The notes under the pieces were generated by a model. It was given only the letters and a program-made list of their open reading frames with translations. It was not told the origin of the DNA and searched no databases. The translations under genes and the position numbers were made by a program. Below, in pieces: positions 22,221-36,300 of a DNA stretch of 64,000 nucleotides. This DNA is from Takakia lepidozioides (lineage: Eukaryota > Plantae > Bryophyta). The stretch lies in assembly GCA_030704615.1 (NCBI GenBank), contig CM060731.1:53382001-53446000 (forward strand). Direction: 5' to 3'. Positions within the stretch are counted from its first letter, which is position 1. Every line of letters begins with the position of its first letter.

Positions 22221-22676
22221 ACCTGTTATTAGTCCTGATTCTTTACGGAGGTTCGCATGCAACAGCCGGAACTGGGATTTAGAGTGAAGGACGTAACCTT
22301 GGTGTCTATGCCCCTCAAAACACCTATATATATATATATAACGCCAGCCGCAACTAGCGTAACTAAGAGCCTCTTCCCCTTGTGGATACTGCCCTTTTCA
22401 AGGGTGGGCTCTAAGAGAATTCAATAAAATGGATTGTGAAGTGTGGATGATGATTTATTGGTGGGATAGCTGTGATAGGTGCGATAGTTGTGATAGGGAG
22501 GCCATGAATAAGTAGAATATCTAGGCAGAGTCTTACCAGGCAGCAACAAGGATGGCTTAAGCATATGCAGAGTAATAACCACGTGGATATAGTCTTGTCT
22601 GGCGGTTGTCCTTGAAATGTGCCCGCATTAATGAGGTTGAACCATCTGGATTTAGGGTTTGATAGAAGTAATTTAA

Positions 22677-23717
22677 CCCCTAAAAGACCATAGGTGTTTT
22701 TGGGTTTTTTGGACAATTCCGGGACCCACCCTCACACGTCAGCGGCTACCTGCCCACCAACGTTCATCCACATGGATGAACATACAAACTGCTTCCTACC
22801 TACCAGATGCACAAGCCCCCCAAATTTGGGAAGATTCCAACGTGTAGTTTGGGAGATTATAACATTTGAAGACTGTGCATTTTTCTGAAAATGGAAAAAA
22901 CAAAGCAAAAGTTCATGTTTGACCAAGCAAATTATCCATGATCCCAAATTTTCCTGGGAGAAAAAGTGCTATATTCCTGTGAAGTGCACAATCCCAAACC
23001 CTCACACCAAATTTCACCCCAATCTGCCAAAATGAAGGGGGGGTGCTTTGTATGTGACTTGAATGGGGTCCAAAAAGAGAATTTGCAAAGGAAATGGTAT
23101 AGGCGCCTCAAATTCTCCTTCATTTTGGAATTCCAACGGTCAGTCCCTCATAGGCCAAGAACTACACAAGCCTGCCCAAGAATTTCCCAAAAATTCCATA
23201 AATTGAATTTGGGATGTGGGATTTTGTGAAATTTCCGGCCTCCTCCAGGTCAGGCAATCGGTGGCCGGAATTTCGCCTGAATCCGGCGACGTTTTCCGGG
23301 CCACGTCGAGGTTCCCCATTATTTGTCAGGGCCAGCTCATTCGAGCCGTCCCGTGTTCGTCGGCATTTTGGGGAGGGCCTCACAAGCCCCCGAATCCAAC
23401 CCCTGCATTGCCCCCCCCCCCCCCCCCCTGCCCCCCCCGCAAAATCCCACCCGCGTGGCCGCTGCCACCTGCCACGTCGACGGTCAACTGCCGTCCCCCC
23501 CCCCCCCCCTCCACCCACTCCTGCAATTTCCAAACTTCAAAGAATTCCTGACGGCTGAGTTTTTCTCTGTTGGGGGCACCATAAAGACCTGCGTGTGCAA
23601 CTCGTTCCGCGCTACATTTTTCGTTCAAGCCGCTCGTTCATCGAACTTCATCCATGCATGCTACATATGGATGAAAAATTGGGCCGACCCGATTCGGGTC
23701 GGCTCGTCGTTTCAGGG
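22677..23717. mobile_element. Candidate non-autonomous piggyBac-like element
   Basis: TTAA at 22673-22676 and 23718-23721; termini CCC...GGG; imperfect 14-bp TIR (cccctaaaagacca vs ccctgaaacgacga, 10/14); no transposase. Confidence 0.45.
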
Positions 23718-24390
23718 TTAAGAAGCTATCTAACTCCTTGGTTATGTCAAAACACACACACATCATCATTGTGAAACTGCAACAACAAAAACAAGGAGAC
23801 TATGACCTAAGAATATAGTTGGTGGTGGAAAAGGGCAGTACAAAGATGGATGGATGGCCTCTTCATGGCTTCTAGTCGATCAATGAATTCGATACATGGA
23901 AATTTAGTATAGCATGCATTGAGTCAATAGCAAAGATTCCAAAGTCGGAACGTGGATTCCCAAGACATGCCAGTTCGCAGTGTTTGATTCTACGAATGCA
24001 GGCTGTCTCCAACCGAAACTATGCGATATCCATGTTATGATTCTCTACATATTCCAGAGAAAGGGCTAACGGATGACCATGGTATTGGAAGAAGGTTGGT
24101 TGGTGTGGTCTCTTTTAGTTACCGCTAGGCTTCCCAGACCCAAACGGAAAAGAAAGGAAATCACGGTAACTAGCATGAGATTTCGAAGTATGGTCTTCGT
24201 TAGTAAACGGTATATTTCGCGAGGGAGAGAGGCAAAACCATGGTGAGAGGGTTTAAGGCTCCTGCACAGATCCTGTGGAGCATTCCGTCCTCGTCTTGCT
24301 CTGCGCATTTCTTCTCGTGATCCCGCACCTGTGCATTTCTGCACTCACTTCACAATTAAACTGTTATGGGGACTGCTGGGGGTGGCCCAC

Positions 24391-27300
24391 ATGGTGGCCC
24401 CTGCAGGGCGCCCCATTGCGGCCACCCCTGGATGCGTGAGTAATGTGCGATTAGTTTCTCCTTTGCATCCCTCTCTTCTCCTATTTAATACCAGAGTGTC
24501 GACCATCTCTTCTTCTTTCAGTAAGAAATCGCATTCTTCTACTCCCAGATATGTTTCCTTGTTTCAACCGACACATAAGATAATCGTCTATGGTTCCAGT
24601 TATCGCGAAGCAGGATACTGTTGCAGCCGGGGGAGTCACTTATTCAGAAGCAAACCACGAAAGCACATTTCTATCTCGGTGGAAAAAAAGGAAACGACGC
24701 CTATTAGCTGTGACATGGCTTCGATCGTGGAGGCCGGAGGTATCAACTGTGCGGGGGTAAATGTCCCGGCGTGGAGTCGTGTTTCTTCAGAGAACGCATT
24801 CATGAGGACTAAGTTCAGCAAAGTTGGTGGATTATTGCATTCGGTTTCTTTCCTCGCAGTGTCAGCACGTATCAAAGGCTACAGCAGTATCAACCAAGTT
24901 TCATGTTCTCCTCGGAGGGGTTCATGTAGATTGAATTGGAGTCGAGATGATGCTCAATGGCGTATATCGGTGTATGGAAGCTCTTTCTTCACGGTACGTC
25001 TATCATAACCTTGCCATTGAAGTCTTTGATTTTCCTGTCGTCAAATTCTTTCAGGGCTGTAAGTGATTGTTGTCCTTCACCTCACTTGGTGCTTGCGGAT
25101 GATGGAGATGCTTCAGACATTGAGAAAAATTTTACTCACACCAATTTGCCTCAGCTAAAGAAACGGAAATTGCGTGTTTGCCTGCAGGGGGGAGGGATTT
25201 GGGTAATGGGGTGGTAAGGCTGGTTGGGGAGGAAGGTAAGTCTGGTGTGGTTAAAGATCCTGACGTAGATTTCTATCGGGGCTGGCGCCTGCAGTGAAAT
25301 GAGGGACACATGAGACGCACAGATCCACAATTGAGGGACGCAAGAGTTGTTTACAGCCAAGTTGTGAGTAAATGCTGATGGGTGGGCAACTGCAGGTGGC
25401 AGGTGAAAGCAAGGAGTATGGGACCACTCCAGCACCCGGAAAGCTGAGACGAAAAGGGCGCCGGAGAGAAGTGAAGAAGAGAAACCTTCCATCCCCACAA
25501 GGAGCAGGTAAGGTGGAAGGGACGAGACAGGCAGTAGTTGTAGTTGAGTCACCAGCAAAAGCAAAAACTATCGAAAAGTATCTCGGCACGGGCTTTACTG
25601 TACTGGCGAGCTATGGCCATGTGCGTGATTTAGCTGCACGTGCGGGCTCAGTTCGGCCAGATGATGACTTCACCATGCTCTGGGAGGTGCCTACCTCAGC
25701 CCGTCCACACATCAATGCCATCAAGGCTGCACTCAAAGGGTTTGTTTCCCTTCTCTGGGCTTCACAATGCTGTCCGGTGAAGTTGGCAGGGGGAATGGAT
25801 GGGCAGCTTTTATTCATTAAATTTCACAGCTCCATAAATACTCTCAGCCTGCGCCATGTCTGTAACAGACCTTGGAGGATTTCTTCATGGAGCAGTACTC
25901 CACAAGTGTCAACACTGTGACACTGTGACGCGCAGGCTGGAATTAGTCATGGAGAAATGTAGCTGTGCACCCTCTGAGTACTCGGTAGACTTTGCTGTAG
26001 CCTTTGTGGCCTAATGCTTAGTCTGGATGGAAGCACAGAAGGGGGGGAGGAAGAGAGTATCCCTCAAAGCTGTCGACTCTGCCATATGACCATGATATGG
26101 AGTCGTCAATGTGAAGGACATTGGATTTAGGTCCCTCCTTTGCTCCTTTTTCCTAATTTTTGTTGCACATTTTGCTCTGTTCTGTCTTTTCTTGGGGCTT
26201 CATTGAAGGAAGAGTCTCTCATTTCACTGTTATCCAGGAACCTTTGAAATTTAAGTCTGGACTTTACTCAGCACTTATATGGATATACATCTTTTGACTT
26301 TATGTTGTGTCAGGGCAGAGACGTTGGTTTTGGCCTCTGATCCAGATAGGGAAGGAGAGGCCATTGCATGGCACATGCTGGAGATGTTGACAATTGAGGG
26401 GGTTTTGAAGAAGGGAATGAAAGTGAAGAGGGTGGTTTTCAATGAAATCACAAAGACAGCAGTGCTTAGGGCCATGGAAGCACCCAGAGATGTAAGCGGT
26501 ACACTTGTGAATGCCTATCTTGCTCGGAGGGCGCTTGATTACCTTATTGGATTTGACCTCTCACCAGTTCTGTGGCGCAAGCTGCCGGGGAGCAAGTCTG
26601 CTGGGCGAGTTCAATCAGCTGCTCTCCGTCTTATTTGTGAACGTGAACAAGAGATGGAGGTGTTCTGTGCTCAAGAGTACTGGAGTGTAGAGGCACAACT
26701 GGAAAAAAGTTTATCCAGCAGCACTGGCACCAGAGTATTTGGTGCCAGATTAACGCACTATGGTGGTGAGAAGCTGGGCCAGTTTTCACTTTCTTGTGCT
26801 CTGGAAGCAGAGGCAGCTGCAAAGGCAGTGGCAGATGCTAGGCTGCATGTGGCTAGTGTGAAGAAGAGCCTGATGCGCCGCTCTCCACCACCTCCGTACA
26901 TCACGTCTACTCTGCAACAGGATGCCTCTACCAAGCTGGCCTTTGGGGCCACTCGCACCATGACTGTATGTTTATCACTACATATGGATGGAGGTTTGGA
27001 GGTTAGGAGAGAGAACAGGAATGGGCGGGAAAGTGTAATCTTCTTTCATGTTGGTTTTATGATATTGCTTTCAAACATCGTAAGTCGTAAAACCAACATG
27101 AAAGATGACTACATTTCCCGCCCATTCCTGGTCTCTCTCCTAACACAGTCCAATTGTGGGTAGCAGATTATGAACTTCTGAACTTTGCTTGACCATGAAA
27201 TCTTCAGGCTGATGATTCTGTTCAATTTGAAACTTATTCATACTGCTGCCAAAGTTGAACCAGGATATTCGAATACTTGTTTCTGCTTGACAGTCTCTGT

Positions 27301-30300
27301 GTCTTTGATCTTTTGATTGCCCAACTGTGTTTGAAGAGTTGCTGCTGTGTTCATTGCTACCTCAGATATTACTTTGGGCATGCACCATCTGTGCCTCGTG
27401 AAGCAGATCTCTATATGCTACCTTACAAAATAACATACAGTTGTTTTGGGTCATCATTCACTCACGGCTTATATGCGTCTTTAATTTCTAAGCCAGGACA
27501 TGTTTTGGGACATGAAAGACCTGGGGCGTGGAGGGTGGAGACAGGTGGCTCAGCAACTGTATGAGGGGGTGAAGCTTGCCAATGGTGAGCAGACAGGCCT
27601 CATTACATACATGCGCACGGATGGGGTTCAGGTGTGTTGACATTGATGTCATACTATGTACTAGATGTCATTTTGAGCATTTGACACGTGGCTGTGCAAG
27701 AGAAAGAGAGAGAGAGAGAGAGAATCATGAGACATTGTTTGCCATAACCTTGTGGCATAGACCCTGCGTCCACAGAGAACGTACTCATAAGACGTTGTTT
27801 GCGGCCATTGACCCCGCGAAAGCTACCTTTGTCAGGGGCTGACCCCGGTAGTATGACTCACCTTGGAACAGACAATGGATCTGAGTTTTCCAGATATCCT
27901 CTAGAAAACCCTTCACACAATCAGAAAACCCTTCCCTTTACGCAAGCATTAATCTGCTCTGTGTGACTTGCCCAATAATGAGGCCCCAAAAGGGCCTGGA
28001 CTTTTGGCTCAGCCTCAAGATTTCAAAGTTGGTAAACAGAGGTACAGGCACAAATCCCTTGATGGATTTGATGAGGGCATCTCTCTGGTGAGAGTATCCA
28101 GGACAATGAATCAGAAAATGAATATTGTCTTCAGGTTGCCCACATTATGGGCATTTGCAATTCTCCTTTCCTTTCTGCATCTGTTTGCTGTTCAAAGGTA
28201 GGCTTCCCGCCCTGAGTTTCAATTTCAGTCTAGTGCCGGAGTGGGTAAACCCTTGAGGTCATCCTGATGTCCTCCCCCATGTCAGAGACTGGAAACAAGT
28301 TCAGGGAAGTTTTCTGCCTAACTTCATTCGCATCCACAGAGAGAGAGATTGGTCCTGTGTGTTGGGTCACATTTGTTATGCAACGGCTGTAAATGTCAGT
28401 TCTGTTTTTTGCTCTTTTTGGCTGAAACATCTTTGAAGCTTTTGAGATGCAGATGTCAGTTGCATGCTGGTCCAAAGTTGGTTACTGAAGGAAAGGATTG
28501 AGGCATGACATTGGGTGTGGGTGAGTGTGGTACTAGCTATCCGAGGAGGCCGTTGACAGCATCCGAGCTTTGGCCGCATCAAGGTAGGATTTTGACCTTG
28601 GATCCACCAGAGGGCCTGTTGTTTAGCTTCTTGGTTTGAATTTTGCTCATTTCTGTTAATGAGTCGTATTTCTCTTCAAAGTTCAGAGTTGTAGCACTGA
28701 GCTACAGGCTTGGGATGAGCATATAGATTACTTACCACCACTTATATACATATATAGAGATTGTACTCTTAAGATGTTGTTTGCCGTAGCCTTGTGGCCA
28801 TATACATATATAGAGAGAATGTACTTAATAAGATGTTTGCTTGTGGCCCCTGCGCTCATATATATGTATATATATATATTTGTAGATGTACAGAGGTAAT
28901 GTGCTCATAAGACGTTGTTTGCCTTAGCTTTGTGGCCATTGACCCCGCACCCAGTTTGAGCGGAACACAAGGGACAGAAACTACCTTTGTCAGGGGCTGA
29001 CCCTGGTAGTATGACTTAACCTTGAAACAGACGATTGATCCGAGTTTTCTAGATATCCTCTAGAAAACCCTTCACACAAACATCAATCTGCTGTGTTTGA
29101 TGTGCCCAATAACTAGACCCCAAAAGGGCCAGGGCTTCTCGAGATTTTCAAAGTTGGTAAACAGCGGTACAGGAACAATTCCCTTGATGGTTTTGAAGAG
29201 GGTGTCTCTCTGGTGAGGGTACCCAGGACAAAGAATCAGAAAGTGGATATTGTCTTCAGGTTGCCTGTACACGGGCATTTGCAATCCCTCTTTCCTCTCT
29301 GCATCTGTTTGCTGTTCAAAGGTAGGCTTCCTGCCCTGACTTTAAATTTCAGTCTAGTGCCGAGGGTGGGTAAACCCTTGAGGTCATCCATGATGGCCTC
29401 TCCCATGTCAGACTGGAAACAAGTTCAGGGAAGTTTTCTTCCTAAATTCATGTTCATCAGACATTTTCCTGGCAACAGACATGGCTTTGGACACTACAGC
29501 CTCTTAAGTCATATTTCTCCACCAGGGTCAAGACTTGCGGGCTTAGATTCAGATCCTCGAGAACCTCTTCTAATCTCTTCCGCCAGGACTTAGCCTGTTT
29601 GACAGGGCGATCCTGCTTCCAAGATATAGAGTCGATTAACTTAGGATATCTGATATTTGCAGCTGACCCCACCATCTGACCTTGAATTCATCTCGTTGGC
29701 AGCTCAAGGAAGGGATGCCAAACTCACCCCAAACAGCGACATTGGCTGTTTTGGAGCATGCCTTAAGCACCCCCACTTGAATGGATTCTAGAGGTTTGTG
29801 GAATGGTTTTTTCTTAACGTCAGAGTTGATCCCTCTTCAGTGGAAAATTTTAGTGAGCGTGTTACGCTTGCCAGATTGAACGACTTTTTGAATATGTGCA
29901 TCCCAATTACAGTTGGAGGAAATCTCAATGCCAAAGTATGTGTAGGAAGGGAGGACCGGAATCTCTTGGCTTCCCCACTGCCACTTGAGATCACCTCCTC
30001 CTTTCCCTCGGTCGTGGAATGCCACCACTGCGCATTTGCTGATGTTAGCCTGTAGCCCCCAAATGTCAAATTATCTCTTCGCGCAATCAATCAACTCCTG
30101 GAGATTGGAAGAAGTCTCCCCTATGCCTGTGAAGTCATCCGCAAACATGAGGGCTGGTGTGGTGGCACCCACCTTAGATTCCAGATCAAACTCGAGACGA
30201 TTACTTAAACTCTGCAAAATATCTTGCCAACTGATTTAGAAGGGTGATGTGTCGACAGTTCCTTGGCTCCTCTTTGGCATGCGAGAGAGAGAGAGAGAGA

Positions 30301-33300
30301 GAGAATGTACTCATTGGCCATTGACCCCGCGCCCAGTTTGAGCGGAACATAAAGGGACAGAAGCTACCTTTGTCAGGGGCTGACGCCGGTAGTATGATTT
30401 ACCTTGGAATAAACAGTTGATCCGAGATTTCCAGATATCCTCCAGAAATCCCTTCACACAAGCATCAATCTGATGTGTGTGATTTGCCCAATAGCTAGAC
30501 CCCAAAAGGGCCTGGGCTTTTGGCTCAGCCTCAAGATTTTCAAAGTTGTTAAACAGAGGTGCAGGCACAATTCCCTTGATGGAATTGAAGAGGGTGTCCT
30601 GTTGGTGAGAGTACCCAGGACAATGAATCAGGAAGTGAATATTGTCTTCAGGTTGCCCACACAACGGGCACTTACAATCCCCCTTTCCTCTCTGCGACTG
30701 TTTGTTGTTCAAAGGTAGGCTACCCGCCCTGAGTTTGAATTTCAGTCTAGTGCCGAGGGTGGGTAGACCCTTGAGGTTCAGGGAGGTTTTCTGCCTAACC
30801 TCATTTTCTTCAGACAATTTCCTGGCAATAGACATGGCTTTGGAAACTTCAGCTTCTAAGCCAGATTTACCAGCAGGGTCATGGCTAGTGGACTAAGATT
30901 CAGATCCTTGAAAATCTCTTCTACCCTCTTCCGCCAGGATTTAGCCTGTTTGACAGGGTGGTCCTGCTTCATATAGAGTCGATTAACTTAGGATATCTGG
31001 TATTAGCCATACGTTGCAGCTGACCCCACCATCTGATTGTGAATTCATTGCGTCGGGGGCTTAAGCGAGGAATGCCAATCCCACCCCGAACAGCCACATT
31101 AGCTGTTTTGGAGCATGCTGACATGCACTCCTTGAGCACCCCGACTTGAATGGATTCAAGAGACTTAGCCTGGTTGGAGTTATCAACCCATACAGCAGAT
31201 GCATACTCCAAGGCCGGCCTGATAATGCAGCAAAGCATGGTTTTTTTGACTTCAGAGTTGATCCCTCTGCAGTGGAAAAATTTAGTGAGACCTAGCGCTT
31301 TGCGTTTGCCAGATTGAACCACTCTTTGAATATGTGCTTCCCAATTACAGTTGGAGGGAAACTCAACGCCAAGATAGGTGTAGGAGGGGAGAACAGGGAT
31401 CTCTTGGCTTCCCCACTGCCACTTGAGGTCGCCTTCTCCTTCCCCCCGGTCGTTGAATGCCACCACTGCGCATTTACTGACATTGGCCTCTAGCCCCCAA
31501 AGATCAAAGTATCTCTTCGTGCAATCTATCAGCCCTGGTGGTTAGAAGGAGTCTCCCCTATGCCTGCGAAGTCATCCGCAAACATAAGGGCTGGTTTGAG
31601 CAGAAGAGAGAGAGAGAGCGAGATGTGGGAGCAATTGGAAGCACAAGATGATTGATGGCAGGAATGGCATCCACAGGTATGGTCAAGAGTATGTCCCAGT
31701 ACAGCGTCGGCAATTCAAATCCAGGGTGAAGAATGCACAGGAAGGTCACGAGGCTATCCGGCCTACTGACATTCACCGCCTGCCTTGTAAGTTTGTTATC
31801 CCAAAGCGCTTCCGCCATCTCGTTGTCCCTAAGTGATAGGTGAAAGTGCCTACCAATGAGCTTCTCATGATACTTTTGTTGCATTAATTATGCATATCTA
31901 TTATGTTAATGGCAACATTCCCATAAGTACCGAATCAACCCAGTAACGGGATTGTCGGTGGTTCTTGCGTGATTGCGTCCGGTTGTCGTAGGTACCAATA
32001 CAGAGGGTGGTGGATGGATGCAGCAACACTGACAGGGGTGCTGGAGGAAGATGCTTTGCGGCTCTACACCCTCATCTGGGCACGGACTATGGCAAGTCAG
32101 CTGGAGCAGGCCATACTCAACCAGGTCTGCTTTCCCCTCTCCCATTCTTTTCCGCCTCTACTTGTGTTATGAAGGCAGTTGGGAGTGATGGGCCATAGCA
32201 TTGGATGATTTGCAGGTGGCTGTTGATGTTGCGGATGATAATGAAAACGTACAGCTGCGCTCCAGTGGCTCTACTGTATCATTTTCTGGCTTCTTTTCTG
32301 CTTACAAGGTACCTGCATCCTTATGTTCTAGAGAATGGTTTTCTGTGAGGTTCAGAGGGAGGGAAGGAGGTGGAGAATATGAGGGCATCTGCGGAAGGAG
32401 GGGCTGAGGTTTCTCAGGTGTCAAAGTTTGAGAATCTGTCTCATCATTGAGAAGAGCAATGTATGTTGAACTCTTCAAGGCACATTACTCTTTGATGCCG
32501 GGGCAACTTGGAAGGACCGTTCCCATATCTCAGGCTTATTGAGTAGGTCTGCATTTGTAATAGGGTACCCCCTATTTCAGACTTAATTCAGTAGGTCTTT
32601 CATGTTTTTCAGTGGCAGTCTAAATTGGTCCTTCTCAACTCTCATCACTGACACATGGGTAAAAAATGCACATAATGAGTACACTAAGGGATAAATTATG
32701 GAATTCTTCTCATGCTCGAGCAGGACCCAGAAGTGTTGGGCATGAAAATGGATTTACATCAAGAAGATGCGAAAGGGGAGGATCGCGATACATTGCAATA
32801 TGTTGAGGTTAGTTCAGCCAATCCAAGATCTTCTCTGATTCTTTAGTCTTCTCATGTCAACAGTCAAAGTATGGTTCTTCATTGTACTACGTCATTTTTA
32901 GTCCCCAAAGATATTGGAGGTTTGCTCTCTTCCATCCTAATGTTGTTTTGGAAATGGCTCAATTCTTCGATTGTTTATGCAATCTCTTACCCTCTTCTCT
33001 GGGAGTAGATGTTTTGTATTCATCGTTTTTGTTTTGTAAGACAATAGTAGGCTTTGGACATAGGTGATTGTAACAGTACTGGGAGTGTTGTGGGAGGGAA
33101 GGCAGGGGATCTATTATCCTTGACCGAAGTTCGACCATCACAACATTTCACAGAGCCACCTCCTCGCTTCTCTGAAGGATCCTTGGTAATTTTACCCAGC
33201 CTTTGTACTTTGGCTTGATGACACAGAACCACCTGAATAGATTATACAGATTGGAGATTTCATCCTGCAACATTTTGCATTGTGGTGAAGACAGAACATG

Positions 33301-36300
33301 GGTAAGTTCTGCTGTGCAGAGGTAGCTGCTCAGGGTATGGTCCAAGACCATAGAACACAAGATAGGTTTTGGTTGGTTGTGACTTATTGTCGACTGCGAG
33401 GAGGGTTGATCCCTGCTACCAGTTATGTGACTGATGGGTTTGCGTGTGGTGAGTAACAAAGTTAAAACAAAGATATACAGATTAGAGGATTTTTCCAGTG
33501 CTCATTCATTTCTCAAAGAGAAATTATGGCAGCACGTGGTGACTAGCCCCTATGGTCTTTTGTAGACGGATAGGAAAAATCTCTATCAAAGTGAACATGA
33601 GCTTTCACCATAAGGACACGTGTATATTTATCGGTGTCAGCTCTCCTGGGAAACCTTCCGCCATTCTTGTTATCTTTCTGCTATTGCTGTACATGTGTTC
33701 AGTGTAGTCTCCCTAATAATATCATGGTCTGAGGGTAGGTGAAGAAGCTGGAGGAGTTGGGCATTGGTCGCCCTTCCACATATGCTTCTACCTTCCGCAC
33801 TTTGCAGGTATAAATCCTTCTCTCTTTCCTGACTGCCTGATTCTACCTTGTTTTGGAAGCTAAACTTATTAGTAGTTCTGTTGCTGTGATAGCCATTTCT
33901 ACCTTTGATGTTCAAAGCAGGTGTTTGGCTGTATAGGCATTTATAACTATTGATGGGTTCTATTCATCACAGGTGCGAAATTATGTGAGGCTGGAGAAAA
34001 GGCGAATCTTCCCCGAGACTCGTGGACGCATGGTGAAACCTAGTCTGCTGATTTCTAGGCAGTGAGGGAGGGCAACTTCATGCTCTATTTGATCTTTGTT
34101 GCGGATGGATACACTCCAGCAGATCTCTCATTGTTGAAATCTTGGTTTGCAGGTGTCGGCATTTTTATCGTACTACTTTCCACACTTTTCAGACTATGAC
34201 TTTACTGCAAATATGGAGAATCAGGTCTTTATGCTGGCAGTGTATCTTTCCAGCTTGTAATTGTTTATGTGAAATGACAGCTGTGGGCAATTGCTATCCT
34301 CTTATCTTAATCTGTTGATGCTATCATTGCTGGAAACAGTAAAATTAGTTAACAGAACATTACTTCTGCATGAAAGGCAGATTAGGGTTTGCATGTATGT
34401 GTATTGAAGTAGAGAAGGCTTGGTGCTTGTGATTGTATCTGTTGCAATGCTGAGCTAAGCTGGGTTGTTTGACCATCTTGGATGGATTGGTAGAAGCTTG
34501 GAGTCCATCTTCTCAGCAGAGGATAAGGGTTGTGATATGGGTGGGTGTGAGTAGCTTGATGAAGTGTCAGCAGGTCGTGTGGACTGGAAAACATTATTGG
34601 GAGAATTTTGGCCAGGGTTTCATGAGGGTGTCATGGCAGCCATGAAGGTTCCTATTGATAAGGTGGAGTTCATGTTAGTGCCTACATGGTTCAGTCTGAC
34701 CTAGTATTTTCATTAAGCTGCAAGATGTTGAAGACAGAAAGTCACAGCAAATCAAATTAGACTATAGAACTTTGTCAAGATAAATTGCACTTGGCCACTT
34801 TACCTGGATGTAGTTGCAAAGTTCCACTTATGAAGTGAACTTCTAAAAATCTAGAAGTCAAGGTTATGTTGTGACTTTTTCAAATTGGTGAAAAAGTAAT
34901 TACTTCCTCTACAACGCGGGAGAGGAAAATCCTTGCCAGGGATCTGAAATAATAGGAGTACGAACTATGTCCGGACCATGAGTGTGCACAATAAGCCCTT
35001 AGGTCTTGCAGTTTGAAGACCCACACATTTTGGGGAGTCTAAACTATTTGAACTTCTCATCCAATGAACCCGCATCTGCAGTTTCCTTTTTGTATGAGAC
35101 TCTACTTGCTAGATTTGAGAGTGCCATTCTGACGTTGCAGGTAGTGGAGATGCTGGAAGAAGTTTTTGCCAAACTTTTGTTTCCTTCCTCAACTTCGGCA
35201 GAGGAGAAGAGGGTTTGTCCAAGGTACAGCTAGTGTCATAAGGACCTCACTTGTATTCTCCACGCGTTTCATTTGAGGAAAAGCAGAATTGCATGGTCGT
35301 TTCACAGTTATTTTGGTAACTGAAATTTGCTAAGGTTGTTAAATCTTGAAACTTGTGTGCACATGAGGAATGAATTTAAGCTCAGTGGTATCCCCTAACA
35401 TGGGTTTTCTGTATCACGAGCCTAATTGTTAGTAGGTATAGCCTTAATTGTCTCGTGTAGTTTTCTGAAGATGGAGCGTTGCATCCACTGTGTTACAATC
35501 ATTGCAGCTGTAAAGAAGGAAGGGTGTGCTTGAAGCTGAGCCGATTTGGGTCAGGTTATTTTTTCAGTTGTACTCGCTACCCTGACTGCCTGTGAGTTCC
35601 TTTTGCTTCACCCTCTGTTTACTTCATCTTACCCTGACTGCTGGCTTCGGCTGGCAATTGGCATCTTATTTGTTCATTTTGGTTCAAGTGGTAGGCTTAG
35701 AAGCGAAATCACACATGGTTGTTGGGCAGGTTTAAGGCGAATGTGGTGTCTAGTGTCGAAGACGATGCCAGTGATGATGACGACAGTGGCGCTTCATCAC
35801 AATGGTCTCAATTTGCACGCCCGCCAAAGCTTCTTGGGGTGGATCCTGCATCCCAACTCCAGGTATGTCGGGCTGCAGTGTTACTGCGTGGAGATCTAGT
35901 TAAGACCATTTGGTGTGTCATTTAATAGCACTATTGCGTCCGGCACACGGATCTTCCCTGCTGTTCCCCTTACTGGCTCTGCACTTGTAAAATTTCTGAA
36001 GATTCAAGAACCTGTCTGTCATTAAATGTCCCTCAGTACTAAGGATATGAAGCCAGGAATGGAGTGGGACGCTTTTATATCGATTTTTCCATCGAGAAAA
36101 ATAAAAATAAGAAATAGATATTATTATTTCGTGTGTCTGGGTCTTGGCCACAAGTCAGTAGTTTTTATATGGATTTTCTGTTACAGGACCTTTGATCTTG
36201 ACCTGTAATTTTGAAGTCAAGACAGCCATGTAATGAGTTGACATATTCATGACCTGCCGTATTTTATTTATTTCTGCACACTTTGAATTTATTTTAGATC

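Noticed and set aside
23162-23721. Pro/Gly-rich ORFs
   Set aside because: They arise from poly-C tracts in a GC-rich non-coding repeat.
10078-23768. Older solo LTR (TGATG...CATCA) hosting the Gypsy and piggyBac-like insertions
   Set aside because: No TSD and no second copy in the window.
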